Below, in pieces: positions 7,551-17,199 of a stretch of DNA of 37,119 bases (position 1 is its first letter; every line of letters begins with the position of its first letter). The notes beneath the pieces were generated by a model. It made no database searches. It worked only from the letters and a program-made list of their open reading frames with translations, and was not told the origin of the DNA. This DNA is from Alphaproteobacteria bacterium (GTDB lineage: Bacteria > Pseudomonadota > Alphaproteobacteria > CAAHEQ01 > UBA3637): NCBI GenBank assembly GCA_900772625.1, contig CAAHEQ010000099.1, forward strand, positions 1 to 37,119, written 5' to 3'. A program made the translations under genes and the position numbers.

Positions 7551-10208
7551 TTACTTGCTTGCTTTTGCAGCAGCTTGAGCAGCAGCCAAACGTGCAATAG
7601 GAACACGATATGGAGAGCAAGATACGCCGTCCAAGTATTCGTTCAAGAATTCAATGGACTTCGGATCGCCACCGTGCTCACCGCAGATCGACAAGTATAA
7701 GTTTGGATTTGTCGAACGACCGTCTTTGCAAGCCATTGCAATCAACTTACCAACGCCTTGAGCGTCCAAAGATTGGAACGGATCGCGTTCGTAAATGCCT
7801 TTTGCAACGTATGTTGGCAAGAATGAGCCAGCATCGTCACGGCTCATACCCAAAGTTGTTTGAGTCAAGTCGTTTGTACCGAATTCAAAGAAGTCAGCGA
7901 TTGTTGCGATTTCATCAGCCAACAAAGCGGCACGAGGCAATTCAATCATTGTGCCAACAAAGTATTCAATCTTTTTGCCTTTTTCAGCAAAGACTTTTTC
8001 AGCTGTTTCGTCAATAATCTTCTTGCAGATTTCCAATTCTTTCTTGGAGGAGATCAAAGGAACTTCAATTTCTGGAATGACCTTGAGGCCTTTGTCTGCA
8101 ACGATCAAAGCAGCTTCAATGATCGCGCGTGTTTGCATTTCACAGATTTCTGGGAACACAACAGCCAAACGGCAACCACGCAAGCCGAGCATTGGGTTTG
8201 CTTCGTGCAATTGAGCTGTACGAGCTTGAATTTCTTCAACTGTCACACCCAATTCTTGAGCAATCTTAACTTGGTCTTCTTTCTTTTGTGGCAAGAATTC
8301 GTGCAAAGGTGGATCCAATAAACGAATTGTCACAGGCAAGCCTTCCATAATTTCGAACAACTTCGCAAAGTCATCACGTTGGTATGGCAACAATTTTGCC
8401 AAAGCATTACGACGAGAAGCTTCATCTTTTGCCAAAATCATTTCACGCATGTGGTTGATTCGACCTGGGTCGAAGAACATGTGTTCTGTACGGCACAAAC
8501 CAATACCTTGAGCACCGAACTTACGAGCTGTTTGAGCATCCAATGGTGTTTCAGCATTTGCACGAACTTTCACTGTGCGGATTTCATCAACCCAACCCAT
8601 GAATTCGCCAAAGTCGCCGACCATTTCTGGAACAACCAAAGGCAAAGCACCCTTCATCACTTGACCTGTCGTACCATCGAGGGAGATCATATCGCCTTCT
8701 TTCATGATGACATCGCCAACTTTCAAGAACTTGCCTTCATAGTCAATGCGCAATTCAGCAACGCCAGACACGCAAGGACGACCCATACCACGAGCCACAA
8801 CGGCCGCGTGAGATGTCATACCACCACGAGCTGTCAAAATACCTTGAGAAACGTGCATACCAGCAATGTCTTCTGGAGATGTTTCAACACGAACCAAAAC
8901 GACCTTTTTGCCTGTTGCAGCAACTGTTTCAGCATCTTTTGCGTTGAAGACGATTTGACCAACCGCAGCACCTGGAGATGCTGGCAAGCCAGTTGCAATG
9001 ACTTCACGTTTTGCGGATTTGTCGAACATTGGGTGCAACAATTGATCCAATTGTGCAGGTTCTACACGCAAAACAGCTTCTTTCTTTGTCAACAAGCCTT
9101 CACGAACCATATCAACCGCGATTTTCAAAGCAGCTGGGCCTGTGCGCTTACCATTACGTGTTTGCAACATCCACAATTTGCCGTCTTGGATAGTGAATTC
9201 CATATCTTGCATATCTTTGTAGTGTGCTTCCAATTTTGCACGAATATCAGACAATTGTTTGAATAATTCAGGGAATTCGTCTTCCATACATGGCAAATCG
9301 ATGCCGCGGCGTTCTTTGACTAAACGAGTCATTGGTTGAGGTGTACGAATACCAGCCACAACGTCTTCGCCTTGAGCATTCTTCAAATACTCACCATAGA
9401 AATAGTTTTCACCAGTTGCAGGGTCACGAGAGAAGCAAACACCAGTTGCCGAGTTGTCACCCGAGTTGCCGAACACCATTGTTTGGACGTTCACAGCTGT
9501 ACCCCAGTCGCCTGGAATGTTGTTTAGCTTACGATAGTAAATAGCACGGTCGACCATCCAAGAACCGAACACAGCGCCGATACCGCCCCACAATTGATCT
9601 TGAGGGTTTTGTGGCAAAGGTTTGCCTTCGTCTTCACAGATTTTTTTGAATTCTGCGATAACGTCTTTCAATTGCTCAACAGTCATTTCGTTATCGAACT
9701 TGTAGCCGTTTTCTTCGCGAACGCGATCCAAAACGTGTTCGAATTTGTGGCTGTCCACACCCATCACAACGTCAGCATACATTTGAATGAAACGGCGGTA
9801 GGAGTCGTAAGCAAATCTTTCGTTGCCAGAAACTTTTGCCAAACCTTTAACAGTTTCGTCATTCAAACCGAGGTTCAAGACTGTATCCATCATACCAGGC
9901 ATAGAAACGCGAGCGCCCGAACGAACAGAGAACAACAATGGATTTTCAGCATCGCCAAATTTTTTGCCCATTTTTGCTTCGATACCAGCCAAAGCAGCTT
10001 CAACAGCTGGCTTCAATTCTGCTGGGTATGTGTGGTTGTTTTCATAATAATATGTACAAACTTCTGTAGTAATCGTGAAACCTGGAGGAACAGGAACACC
10101 AATGCTTGCCATTTCTGCCAAGTTAGCGCCTTTACCACCCAACAAGTTTCTCATATCTGCGCGACCTTCAGCTTGTCCGTCGCCAAACGTGTAAACCCAT
10201 TTTGTCAT
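7551..10208 (-). CDS. ppdK: pyruvate, phosphate dikinase
   Basis: 885 aa. MTKWVYTFGDGQAEGRADMRNLLGGKGANLAEM..., phosphohistidine region GGMTSHAAVVARGMG, and C-terminal PEP-utilising TIM domain (GLCRTEHMF, FFEFGTNDLTQ, CGEHGGDP). Confidence 0.97.
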   Translation of the reverse strand: MTKWVYTFGDGQAEGRADMRNLLGGKGANLAEMASIGVPVPPGFTITTEVCTYYYENNHTYPAELKPAVEAALAGIEAKMGKKFGDAENPLLFSVRSGARVSMPGMMDTVLNLGLNDETVKGLAKVSGNERFAYDSYRRFIQMYADVVMGVDSHKFEHVLDRVREENGYKFDNEMTVEQLKDVIAEFKKICEDEGKPLPQNPQDQLWGGIGAVFGSWMVDRAIYYRKLNNIPGDWGTAVNVQTMVFGNSGDNSATGVCFSRDPATGENYFYGEYLKNAQGEDVVAGIRTPQPMTRLVKERRGIDLPCMEDEFPELFKQLSDIRAKLEAHYKDMQDMEFTIQDGKLWMLQTRNGKRTGPAALKIAVDMVREGLLTKKEAVLRVEPAQLDQLLHPMFDKSAKREVIATGLPASPGAAVGQIVFNAKDAETVAATGKKVVLVRVETSPEDIAGMHVSQGILTARGGMTSHAAVVARGMGRPCVSGVAELRIDYEGKFLKVGDVIMKEGDMISLDGTTGQVMKGALPLVVPEMVGDFGEFMGWVDEIRTVKVRANAETPLDAQTARKFGAQGIGLCRTEHMFFDPGRINHMREMILAKDEASRRNALAKLLPYQRDDFAKLFEIMEGLPVTIRLLDPPLHEFLPQKKEDQVKIAQELGVTVEEIQARTAQLHEANPMLGLRGCRLAVVFPEICEMQTRAIIEAALIVADKGLKVIPEIEVPLISSKKELEICKKIIDETAEKVFAEKGKKIEYFVGTMIELPRAALLADEIATIADFFEFGTNDLTQTTLGMSRDDAGSFLPTYVAKGIYERDPFQSLDAQGVGKLIAMACKDGRSTNPNLYLSICGEHGGDPKSIEFLNEYLDGVSCSPYRVPIARLAAAQAAAKASK

Positions 10209-10379
10209 GGATGTATTTATCCTTTCTTTAAATTAAACATCAAAGCCACAACTGTATGCTGGAAAACCATAGTTTTAAGCGCATACAGGTATGCTTTTTT
10301 TAAACGGATAATTTTTAGCACGCTTTTAAATTAAATGCAAGCGTTTTTTTACAACATTTTGTATTTAAAGTAAGAAGCC

Positions 10380-12236
10380 CTATTCTTCCAGCTTTTCACT
10401 CAACTCAAGCCAGCGATTTTCATTTTGTTCGACTTGCTTGTTCAGCTCGGCTAATTCCTTTTGTAAGTCGACCATTTGAGCAGGCAAAAGCTGGCCTGTA
10501 AACAGGTTTTCGATATCGGCAATACGCCTGTTGGCTTTACTTAAAAACTCTTCAATGCGCTTGATTTCGTCCCGAATGGGGCGCAAGGCTGCATGCTTAG
10601 CGGCTTGCATTTGGCGCTTTTCTTTGGGACTGAGCACAGGAGCTTTTTCTTTTGCTTCCTCAGAGGCAGGCGTTTTAGTCGCCGATAAAACCAGCTTTTT
10701 ATACGCATCAATGTCTTCATCAAACGGTTTGCACGTGCCGTTTGCAACCAACCACAAGCGGTCGGCCACCGTTTCGATTAAATGCATATCGTGCGTAATT
10801 AAAATCACTGCGCCAGCATAAGCGTTCAGCGCTTCAACAAGCCCGTCTCTGGCCTCGATATCAAGGTGGTTTGTGGGCTCGTCCAAAATCAGTAAGTTCG
10901 GCCGATCGCACGTAATGCCAGCAAACAAAAGCCGCGCTTTTTCGCCACCCGAAAGCTTATCAATTTGCGTGAGCGCTTTTTGCCCTTCCAGACCAAAACG
11001 TGCTAAGTGAGTACGGATTTTCGTCTCGTTTGCACCTTTTATTAAAGAGCCGATATACATCACAGGTGTTTGCCCAAATGGCAAAAGCTCTGTTTGGTGT
11101 TGCGCAAAATAGCCTATTTTCAGCTTTTTTGACGCCGTCATTTCGCCCGTAAACAAAGGCAATTTGCCATCCAGCAATTTTGCCAGCGTAGACTTACCAT
11201 TTCCGTTTGCTCCGAGCAATGCAATGCGGTCGTCTTTATCGATTTGCAAGTTAAGCTTTGAAAGAATTTCTTTGCCCTGCTCATAACCCGTAGAGCCATT
11301 TTCCATTTTAATAATTGGTGAGACAAGCTCGTCTGGTTCTGGAAACGAAAAATGCGTAAAAGCTGTTTCATAATCAACGACTTGCATTGACAAGCGCTCC
11401 AACATCTTTAAGCGGCTTTGCGCCTGTTTTGCCTTTGTGGCCTTATAGCGGAAACGGTCGACAAAAGATTGCAAATGCTTGCGTACGTTTTCTTGCTTTT
11501 CCAACATTTTTTGCTGCAGATTCTGTTGCTCGGCGCGCGTGCGCAAATACGTATCATAGTTGCCGTTATAAGTATTGAGTTTTTTGCATTCGAAATGCAC
11601 AATCATATTGCACAGATTGTTTAAAAAGTTGCGGTCATGAGAAATCAGTAAAAGCGATCCGCGATATTTTTGTAAAAAGCTCAACAGCCACATCGAGCTT
11701 TCCAAATCCAAGTGGTTGGTGGGCTCGTCCAGCAGTAAAATATCGGAGGGTTGAAACAACGTTCCTGCCAGCGCGACCCGCATACGCCAACCGCCCGAAA
11801 ACTCGGACAAAGTACGGTAAAAGTCGCTGTCTTTAAATCCCAAACCTTTTAAGATTTGGCAAGCTCGAGCATTGGCCGAATCGGCCTTAATTGCGCTAAG
11901 GCGTTCATAAATGGCGGGTAATTCAATATCGGGGGCTGTTTCAAGCGCCTTTAAAAGCGCTTCCCTCTCGGTATCTTTGGATAAAATAAACGGCAAAATG
12001 CCAACGGAAGTGTCCGCAATTTCCTGCGCCATAAAGGCCAGCCTAGACGATGTCGGATAGCTGATTTGTCCGTCCTCGAGTGATATTTCGTTTTGGATTG
12101 CTTTAAACAACGTGGATTTGCCGCAACCATTAAAGCCGACAAGGCCAACTTTTTTGTTGTCAGGGATATGTGCGCTGGCGTGCTCCAGCAAAGTTTTACC
12201 ACAAATGCGGATAGTAATGTCATTTAAATCTATCAT
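10380..12236 (-). CDS. ABC-F family ATPase (Uup/YheS-like; two ABC domains, linker and C-terminal coiled coil)
   Basis: Start taken at the internal ATG at 12236 (MIDLNDITIRICGK...). Walker A motifs GFNGCGKST and GANGNGKST, signature motifs LSGGWRMR and LSGGEKAR, and no transmembrane domain. Confidence 0.9.
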   Translation of the reverse strand: MIDLNDITIRICGKTLLEHASAHIPDNKKVGLVGFNGCGKSTLFKAIQNEISLEDGQISYPTSSRLAFMAQEIADTSVGILPFILSKDTEREALLKALETAPDIELPAIYERLSAIKADSANARACQILKGLGFKDSDFYRTLSEFSGGWRMRVALAGTLFQPSDILLLDEPTNHLDLESSMWLLSFLQKYRGSLLLISHDRNFLNNLCNMIVHFECKKLNTYNGNYDTYLRTRAEQQNLQQKMLEKQENVRKHLQSFVDRFRYKATKAKQAQSRLKMLERLSMQVVDYETAFTHFSFPEPDELVSPIIKMENGSTGYEQGKEILSKLNLQIDKDDRIALLGANGNGKSTLAKLLDGKLPLFTGEMTASKKLKIGYFAQHQTELLPFGQTPVMYIGSLIKGANETKIRTHLARFGLEGQKALTQIDKLSGGEKARLLFAGITCDRPNLLILDEPTNHLDIEARDGLVEALNAYAGAVILITHDMHLIETVADRLWLVANGTCKPFDEDIDAYKKLVLSATKTPASEEAKEKAPVLSPKEKRQMQAAKHAALRPIRDEIKRIEEFLSKANRRIADIENLFTGQLLPAQMVDLQKELAELNKQVEQNENRWLELSEKLEE

Positions 12237-12283
12237 AATGCGCTCTTTTATAGTTGATTTTTTGAAAAATGTCAAAGAAAAGC

Positions 12284-12312
12284 TTGTAAAAAGCAAAACT
12301 TTTTTCTATTAT
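12284..12312 (+). promoter_or_regulatory. candidate sigma70 promoter for the metallophosphoesterase gene
   Basis: TTGTAA, 17 nt spacer, TATTAT. It ends 26 nt upstream of the ATG at 12339. Confidence 0.35.
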
Positions 12313-12338
12313 TCTTTCAAAAAGAAAGAGAAACTTTT

Positions 12339-13208
12339 ATGCGCACCATTGGACTTATTTTTACATTTGTTGTTTTCTTATTATTTTTAACAATACTGGC
12401 CTTAATTGGGGCGTTATTTGGCTTGTTTTTCGCGCCTGTTTGGTTGTTTGTTGCGGCGGGTGCTTTGGTTGCGCTCAGCACTTTTTTGGGGACGCGAGCG
12501 CCCAGCATTTGCCGTTTAAAGCTAAAGGCTGGGCTTGATAAGCCCGTTAAAATAGTCCAGCTGAGCGATTTGCATATCGGCTCTGGCTTTGGCAAGCGGT
12601 GGCTGGCTGATGTGGTGCAAAAGACAAATGCTCTTGCGCCCGATGTTGTGCTGATTACGGGTGATTTAATTGATGGCGTGCCCGCAACTTTGATGGACGA
12701 GCTGATGCCTTTGAGTCAAATCAAAGCCCCTGCTTATTTTGTGTGGGGCAATCATGAGTATTATTACGGCTTGAACAAGTGGCGACAAGCATTTGAAAAA
12801 CTTGGATTAAAGTTGTTGGAAAACAATGCTGTTTTATTCTCGGGGCTTGCTATTGGGGGTGTAGGTGTTCCATATGCTGACGCAGTGGGCGCTCCTGCTC
12901 CCGATTTAGCGCAAACATTTGCTCGAGTGCCTGTGACGGCGCGGCGTCTTTTATTGTCGCACTATCCTGAAGTGTTTGACAAAGCTATACATCACAATAT
13001 CTTTTTGCAGCTGTCAGGCCACACGCACGGCGGACAATTTTTCTTTCCGCTGTCGTGGCCTACAAAGCGCGCAAATGCGGGGTATTTGAAAGGTCTGTAC
13101 TGCAAAGGCAATCAGTTTTTATACGTCAGTCAAGGGACGGGACTTTGGGGAGGCTTGCCTGTCAGGTTGGGCACGTACCCCGAAATCACGCTATTTGAGC
13201 TATCTTAA
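12339..13208 (+). CDS. membrane-anchored metallophosphoesterase (calcineurin-like)
   Basis: 289 aa. N-terminal transmembrane helices. Motifs DLHIG, GDLIDG, GNHEYY and GHTHGGQ. Confidence 0.88.
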   Translation: MRTIGLIFTFVVFLLFLTILALIGALFGLFFAPVWLFVAAGALVALSTFLGTRAPSICRLKLKAGLDKPVKIVQLSDLHIGSGFGKRWLADVVQKTNALAPDVVLITGDLIDGVPATLMDELMPLSQIKAPAYFVWGNHEYYYGLNKWRQAFEKLGLKLLENNAVLFSGLAIGGVGVPYADAVGAPAPDLAQTFARVPVTARRLLLSHYPEVFDKAIHHNIFLQLSGHTHGGQFFFPLSWPTKRANAGYLKGLYCKGNQFLYVSQGTGLWGGLPVRLGTYPEITLFELS

Positions 13209-14242
13209 TCTTGTTTCTTTTCGATAAAGCACGCATCACCATAAGAGAAAAAGCGGTAATACGCGTCTATGGCGTGTTGATAAGCTTTTTTCATCACGTC
13301 CGTACCCGCAAACGCGCATACCAACATAAACAATGTGCTTTGTGGCAAATGAAAGTTTGTAAACAAAACATCAACGAAACGAAAGCGATAACCAGGTGTG
13401 ATAAATATCGATGTTTCTTCAGAAAATGGGTGAATAACGCCCTGCTCATCGGTTGCACTTTCAAGCAAGCGCATTGCTGTTGTGCCGACCACGATAATGC
13501 GTCTGCCCTCGCGTTTAGCTTGGTTCAATCGGTCTGCTACTTGTTTTGTAATAATGCCGTATTCGGCGTGCATTTTATGATCTTTTGTATCCGCAACTTT
13601 GACAGGTAAAAACGTTCCGCCACCGACATGCAGCGTTAAAAACTCCTCTTGAACGCCCTTTTGTTTGATTTGTTGCATCAGCTCTTTGGTAAAATGCAAG
13701 CCCGCAGTCGGTGCTGCAACAGCACCTTCGTGTTTTGCATAAACCGTCTGATAATTGGCTTTGTCGGTTTCCTCGCCGCTTTTCCCGCGCTTGATATAAG
13801 GCGGTAAAGGCATAATGCCGTGCACATGCAAGGCAGCAAATAAATCTGGGCCGCTTTTGTTAAATTGCAATGTCACAGGGCCGTCCGCGTCTTTGGCAAG
13901 TACTTGCGCGCTAAAATCACCGCCGAACACAACATTGTCGCCAATTTTTAAACGGCGTGCATTTTTAATCAAGCATTTCCATGTCGATAAATCAATTTGC
14001 TTGAGCAAGGTCGCCTCGATGCTGGCCTCGCCACGCTTGCCGTAAATGCGGGCAGGAATAACTTTTGTATCGTTAAAAACCAACACATCGCCTTTTTTCA
14101 GCAAAGATGGCAAATCACGGATGATTTTATCCTCAAGTCCCGTTTGCGTAATATGCAACAAGCGCGCGCTGTCACGCGGACTGGCTGGTTCGTTTGCTAT
14201 TCTATCGGCAGGCAGATCAAAATTGAAAATATCAACACGCAT
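13205..14242 (-). CDS. queA: S-adenosylmethionine:tRNA ribosyltransferase-isomerase
   Basis: 345 aa. MRVDIFNFDLPADRIANEPASPRDSARLL..., LPPYI and AAPTAGLHFT are typical of QueA. Confidence 0.95.
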   Translation of the reverse strand: MRVDIFNFDLPADRIANEPASPRDSARLLHITQTGLEDKIIRDLPSLLKKGDVLVFNDTKVIPARIYGKRGEASIEATLLKQIDLSTWKCLIKNARRLKIGDNVVFGGDFSAQVLAKDADGPVTLQFNKSGPDLFAALHVHGIMPLPPYIKRGKSGEETDKANYQTVYAKHEGAVAAPTAGLHFTKELMQQIKQKGVQEEFLTLHVGGGTFLPVKVADTKDHKMHAEYGIITKQVADRLNQAKREGRRIIVVGTTAMRLLESATDEQGVIHPFSEETSIFITPGYRFRFVDVLFTNFHLPQSTLFMLVCAFAGTDVMKKAYQHAIDAYYRFFSYGDACFIEKKQD

Positions 14243-14254
14243 TTTATTTATTCT

Positions 14255-14761
14255 TTAAAAATCGATATCCGTAGAATCGTCTTTAATTTCATCCTCGTTA
14301 AAGGCAACATAGTTTTCAACAAGCTCGATTTGTTCCGAAACGACATAATCGAACATATCTTCAAACGAGCCAAAAGCTTTAATTAAAGAGCCTTCAAACT
14401 CGTCAATGATTTGGAACTTTTTGCGCGCTGGGTTATAAATGAAGTTCTCATCATCGGAATGCCCCAAAATAACGCATCCTTTTTTGTCGGGATTGAGCGC
14501 TTGGAAAATACGGTTTTGAGAATATAAATCCGTAATGTTTAATCCGCGGCGCTTATCAGTGTGTGTGCTGGCTCCAAAAAACTCCATACCACCCCAAAAT
14601 ACGCCGTCAGAGGTAAACAATAATTCGGCATATTCATCGGGCAATTCCACCCCTAATCCTTTCAAATCTTGTGAAACTTTTTCAAATTGCTCATCCGTCA
14701 TTGCAGGCGCTTTAAACACGCCGCCGACATCTTCCATTTTTAATAAATTTTCTTTAAACAT
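14255..14761 (-). CDS. SMI1/KNR4 (SUKH-1) family protein, immunity-protein-like
   Basis: Start taken at the ATG at 14761 (MFKENLL...), with SD AAAGGGAG 6 nt upstream. LPDEYAELLFTSDGVFWGG is the typical SUKH-1 core. The C-terminus is acidic. Confidence 0.6.
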   Translation of the reverse strand: MFKENLLKMEDVGGVFKAPAMTDEQFEKVSQDLKGLGVELPDEYAELLFTSDGVFWGGMEFFGASTHTDKRRGLNITDLYSQNRIFQALNPDKKGCVILGHSDDENFIYNPARKKFQIIDEFEGSLIKAFGSFEDMFDYVVSEQIELVENYVAFNEDEIKDDSTDIDF

Positions 14762-14862
14762 AGTTGCTCCCTTTGAATAACATTTGCTCATCATAGGATT
14801 GATTTATTAACAAAAAGTTTAGCAACACACATTTTTATGCATTTATTATCAATAGCCAGATG

Positions 14863-16281
14863 TTAAACCAAAGCGATATGCAAAACGTTTGTATTGCCCT
14901 TTTCAGCAATTGGCATACCAGCCGTGATAATCAATGCATCGCCTTTGTGAGCCAAGCCTTTTTCGGCTGCCGTTTGGCGCGCCACAGGAATGACTTGATT
15001 GAGCTCGGATAGCAACTCTGTTTTCACGGAATACACGCCCCACGCAAGGGTCAGCTTACGCATCACCTCGTCCGAGCAGGTCAGGTTCAAAGTCGGAATC
15101 GTGGTTCTTTGACGAGCAACACGTAAAGCTGTTGCGCCAGACAGCGAATAAGTCACAACACACGCCGCATTTTCCAAAACTTTGGCCATAGTCGGTACAG
15201 CCGATGTAATTGCTGAAGCGACTAAATGGTCGGCGGGCAGCGAAATGACGTCCATAGACTTTTTATAAAAAGCATCTTCTTCTGTGTGCAAAATGACTTT
15301 GCGCATCATCGATACCGCCATAACGGGGTACTCCCCAACCGCTGTTTCGCCCGAAAGCATCACGCAATCAACACCGTCATAAACGGCCGTAGCAACATCG
15401 GAAACTTCCGCTCTTGTTGGAGTTGGATTATGAATCATACTTTCCAACATTTGGGTTGCGATGATAACGGGTTTACCTTTAGCACGGCATTTTTGCACAA
15501 TGCTTTTTTGAAGCGATGGCAAATCTTCAATTGGGCATTCAACGCCCAAATCACCACGCGCCACCATAATCGCGTCCGACAAATCAATGATTTCATCAAT
15601 ATTTTGAAGTGCTGCAGGCTTTTCAACTTTGGTAATAATTGCGGCTCTGTCTTTGATGATTTTGCGCGCGTGTTTTAAGTCTTCTGGACGCTGTACGAAC
15701 GACAGAGCGATCCAGTCTGCGCCCAGCTCAAGCGCCGTATCCAAATCAACCAAATCCTTTTTTGTCAGTGCTGAGATAGGCAGCGTCACATTCGGAACAT
15801 TAACGCCTTTGTGGTCAGACAAAACGCCGCCCGTAATCACGCGCGTGTTGGCAAAATCTTTGCCACAATCGAGAACTTCCAAGCGAATCAAGCCGTCATT
15901 TAAAAGCAGATGTGTTCCTTTTTCCAAAACGGCAAAAATCTCTTTGTGCGGCAACTCTACGCGCTTTTCATTGCCGAGCGTTTTATCCATATCAAGGCGG
16001 AAGTAATCGCCCGACTTGAGCACAATCGAGCCTTTTTTAAAGCGTCCTACGCGCAATTTAGGCCCTTGCATATCGCAAATAATGCCGATAGGCATTCCAA
16101 GGTGCTTTTCGGCCGCACGAATATATTGTACGTTTTGCGCATGGCCTTGCTTATCGCCGTGACTGAAGTTCAAACGAAAGAGGTTAGCGCCTGCATGTAC
16201 CAGCTCTTCAATGCGATGTGCTGAAGATGTCGCAGGCCCTAATGTCGCAATGATTTTGGTAAATGGTAATCTTTTTTTCAT
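14863..16281 (-). CDS. pyk: pyruvate kinase
   Basis: 472 aa. TKIIATLGPATSS, RLNFSHG and MVARGDLGVE motifs. Confidence 0.96.
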   Translation of the reverse strand: MKKRLPFTKIIATLGPATSSAHRIEELVHAGANLFRLNFSHGDKQGHAQNVQYIRAAEKHLGMPIGIICDMQGPKLRVGRFKKGSIVLKSGDYFRLDMDKTLGNEKRVELPHKEIFAVLEKGTHLLLNDGLIRLEVLDCGKDFANTRVITGGVLSDHKGVNVPNVTLPISALTKKDLVDLDTALELGADWIALSFVQRPEDLKHARKIIKDRAAIITKVEKPAALQNIDEIIDLSDAIMVARGDLGVECPIEDLPSLQKSIVQKCRAKGKPVIIATQMLESMIHNPTPTRAEVSDVATAVYDGVDCVMLSGETAVGEYPVMAVSMMRKVILHTEEDAFYKKSMDVISLPADHLVASAITSAVPTMAKVLENAACVVTYSLSGATALRVARQRTTIPTLNLTCSDEVMRKLTLAWGVYSVKTELLSELNQVIPVARQTAAEKGLAHKGDALIITAGMPIAEKGNTNVLHIALV

Positions 16282-16293
16282 TATTTCCTCGTC

Positions 16294-17196
16294 TTATATC
16301 CCGCTGACTGTTAACGTCATTTGTCCTGTAATCGTTTCGGCGCCCCCAATACTTTGAATGCCCGTTCCGACAACACCGCGCGAGGCAAGGTTAAACGCAT
16401 TGCACGCCATTGATGTTGGCTCAAGGCAGAAAAAGTTTTTTCTGTAAGGAGCATATAGGACAAGATGCGAGAAATGTTCATCTGTCTTAATGTCTAGCTG
16501 CATACCAAACTTTGGCCATTTGACCATCGCATTGCCGTCAAAGCCACCAAAGCATGTGTCAAAGACAGAAGCGGAAAGTTCTCGAGGTTGTACAAACGAC
16601 CACTCTTGTGGTGTATGATAAGGCTTATCAATCGGATCATTTTCGTGATACCAAACATTTTTGGAATTAAATCTTAATGTGACATTTGGCGTGCGGTTGA
16701 AATATGGGTGAATCCCAAAGCCACACGGCATCGGCATAATGCCATTGTTTTTAATCGACAGTTCAATATCCAGCGACTTATCTTTTAAAGTATAAACCAC
16801 ACAAGCATCATACGAAAATGGAAAGCCTTTGTCTTTTTCTTTGCTGTGTGACATGGCAAGCTTTACCGAAGTAGCCGATTTTTCTAGCACCTTCCACGCT
16901 GTGCGCCAGCCGTCACCATGAATCGGTTCAGCAAACATTGGGTGATTCGCGGGCACCGAGCGTTTGATTCCCCAATAGGTAAACTCACCGTCCTTGATTC
17001 GATGCGTATAAGGCAACATCAAAAACATTGCCATCCCGAGCGGGTCTCGTTTTGCCACTGCCGTAGCGGAGGCCGAACGCATCACGTCAAAGAGCTTTTC
17101 GCCCTTTGTGCGAAAGTACGTCAGCGCAGCCCCACATTCGGGCAAAACGCCTATTTCGATAAAATCATTAGCCAAGTGAATCACACTGTCAGACAT
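16294..17196 (-). CDS. aldose 1-epimerase family protein
   Basis: 300 aa. GIHPYFN motif and overall mutarotase-like pattern. It lies 3 nt downstream of the GGDEF gene stop. Confidence 0.8.
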   Translation of the reverse strand: MSDSVIHLANDFIEIGVLPECGAALTYFRTKGEKLFDVMRSASATAVAKRDPLGMAMFLMLPYTHRIKDGEFTYWGIKRSVPANHPMFAEPIHGDGWRTAWKVLEKSATSVKLAMSHSKEKDKGFPFSYDACVVYTLKDKSLDIELSIKNNGIMPMPCGFGIHPYFNRTPNVTLRFNSKNVWYHENDPIDKPYHTPQEWSFVQPRELSASVFDTCFGGFDGNAMVKWPKFGMQLDIKTDEHFSHLVLYAPYRKNFFCLEPTSMACNAFNLASRGVVGTGIQSIGGAETITGQMTLTVSGI

Positions 17197-17199
17197 TTT

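Noticed and set aside
8379-10334. Long plus-strand ORFs (295 aa at 8379-9266 and 246 aa at 9594-10334) opposite ppdK
   Set aside because: They are mirror-frame ORFs inside a highly conserved gene. Their composition is low-complexity and rich in Cys, His and Phe, and they lack SDs. This is a typical antisense artefact.
10281-10350. Two hairpins followed by T runs on the plus strand (GCATAC-ag-GTATGC+T7 and ACGCTT-13 nt-AAGCGT+T6), lying between the minus-strand ABC-F stop and the ppdK start
   Set aside because: Their orientation is wrong for terminating the minus-strand ABC-F transcript, and no plus-strand gene ends here. The stems are short (5-6 bp). They may still act weakly in both directions or block antisense transcription, but I cannot support a feature call.
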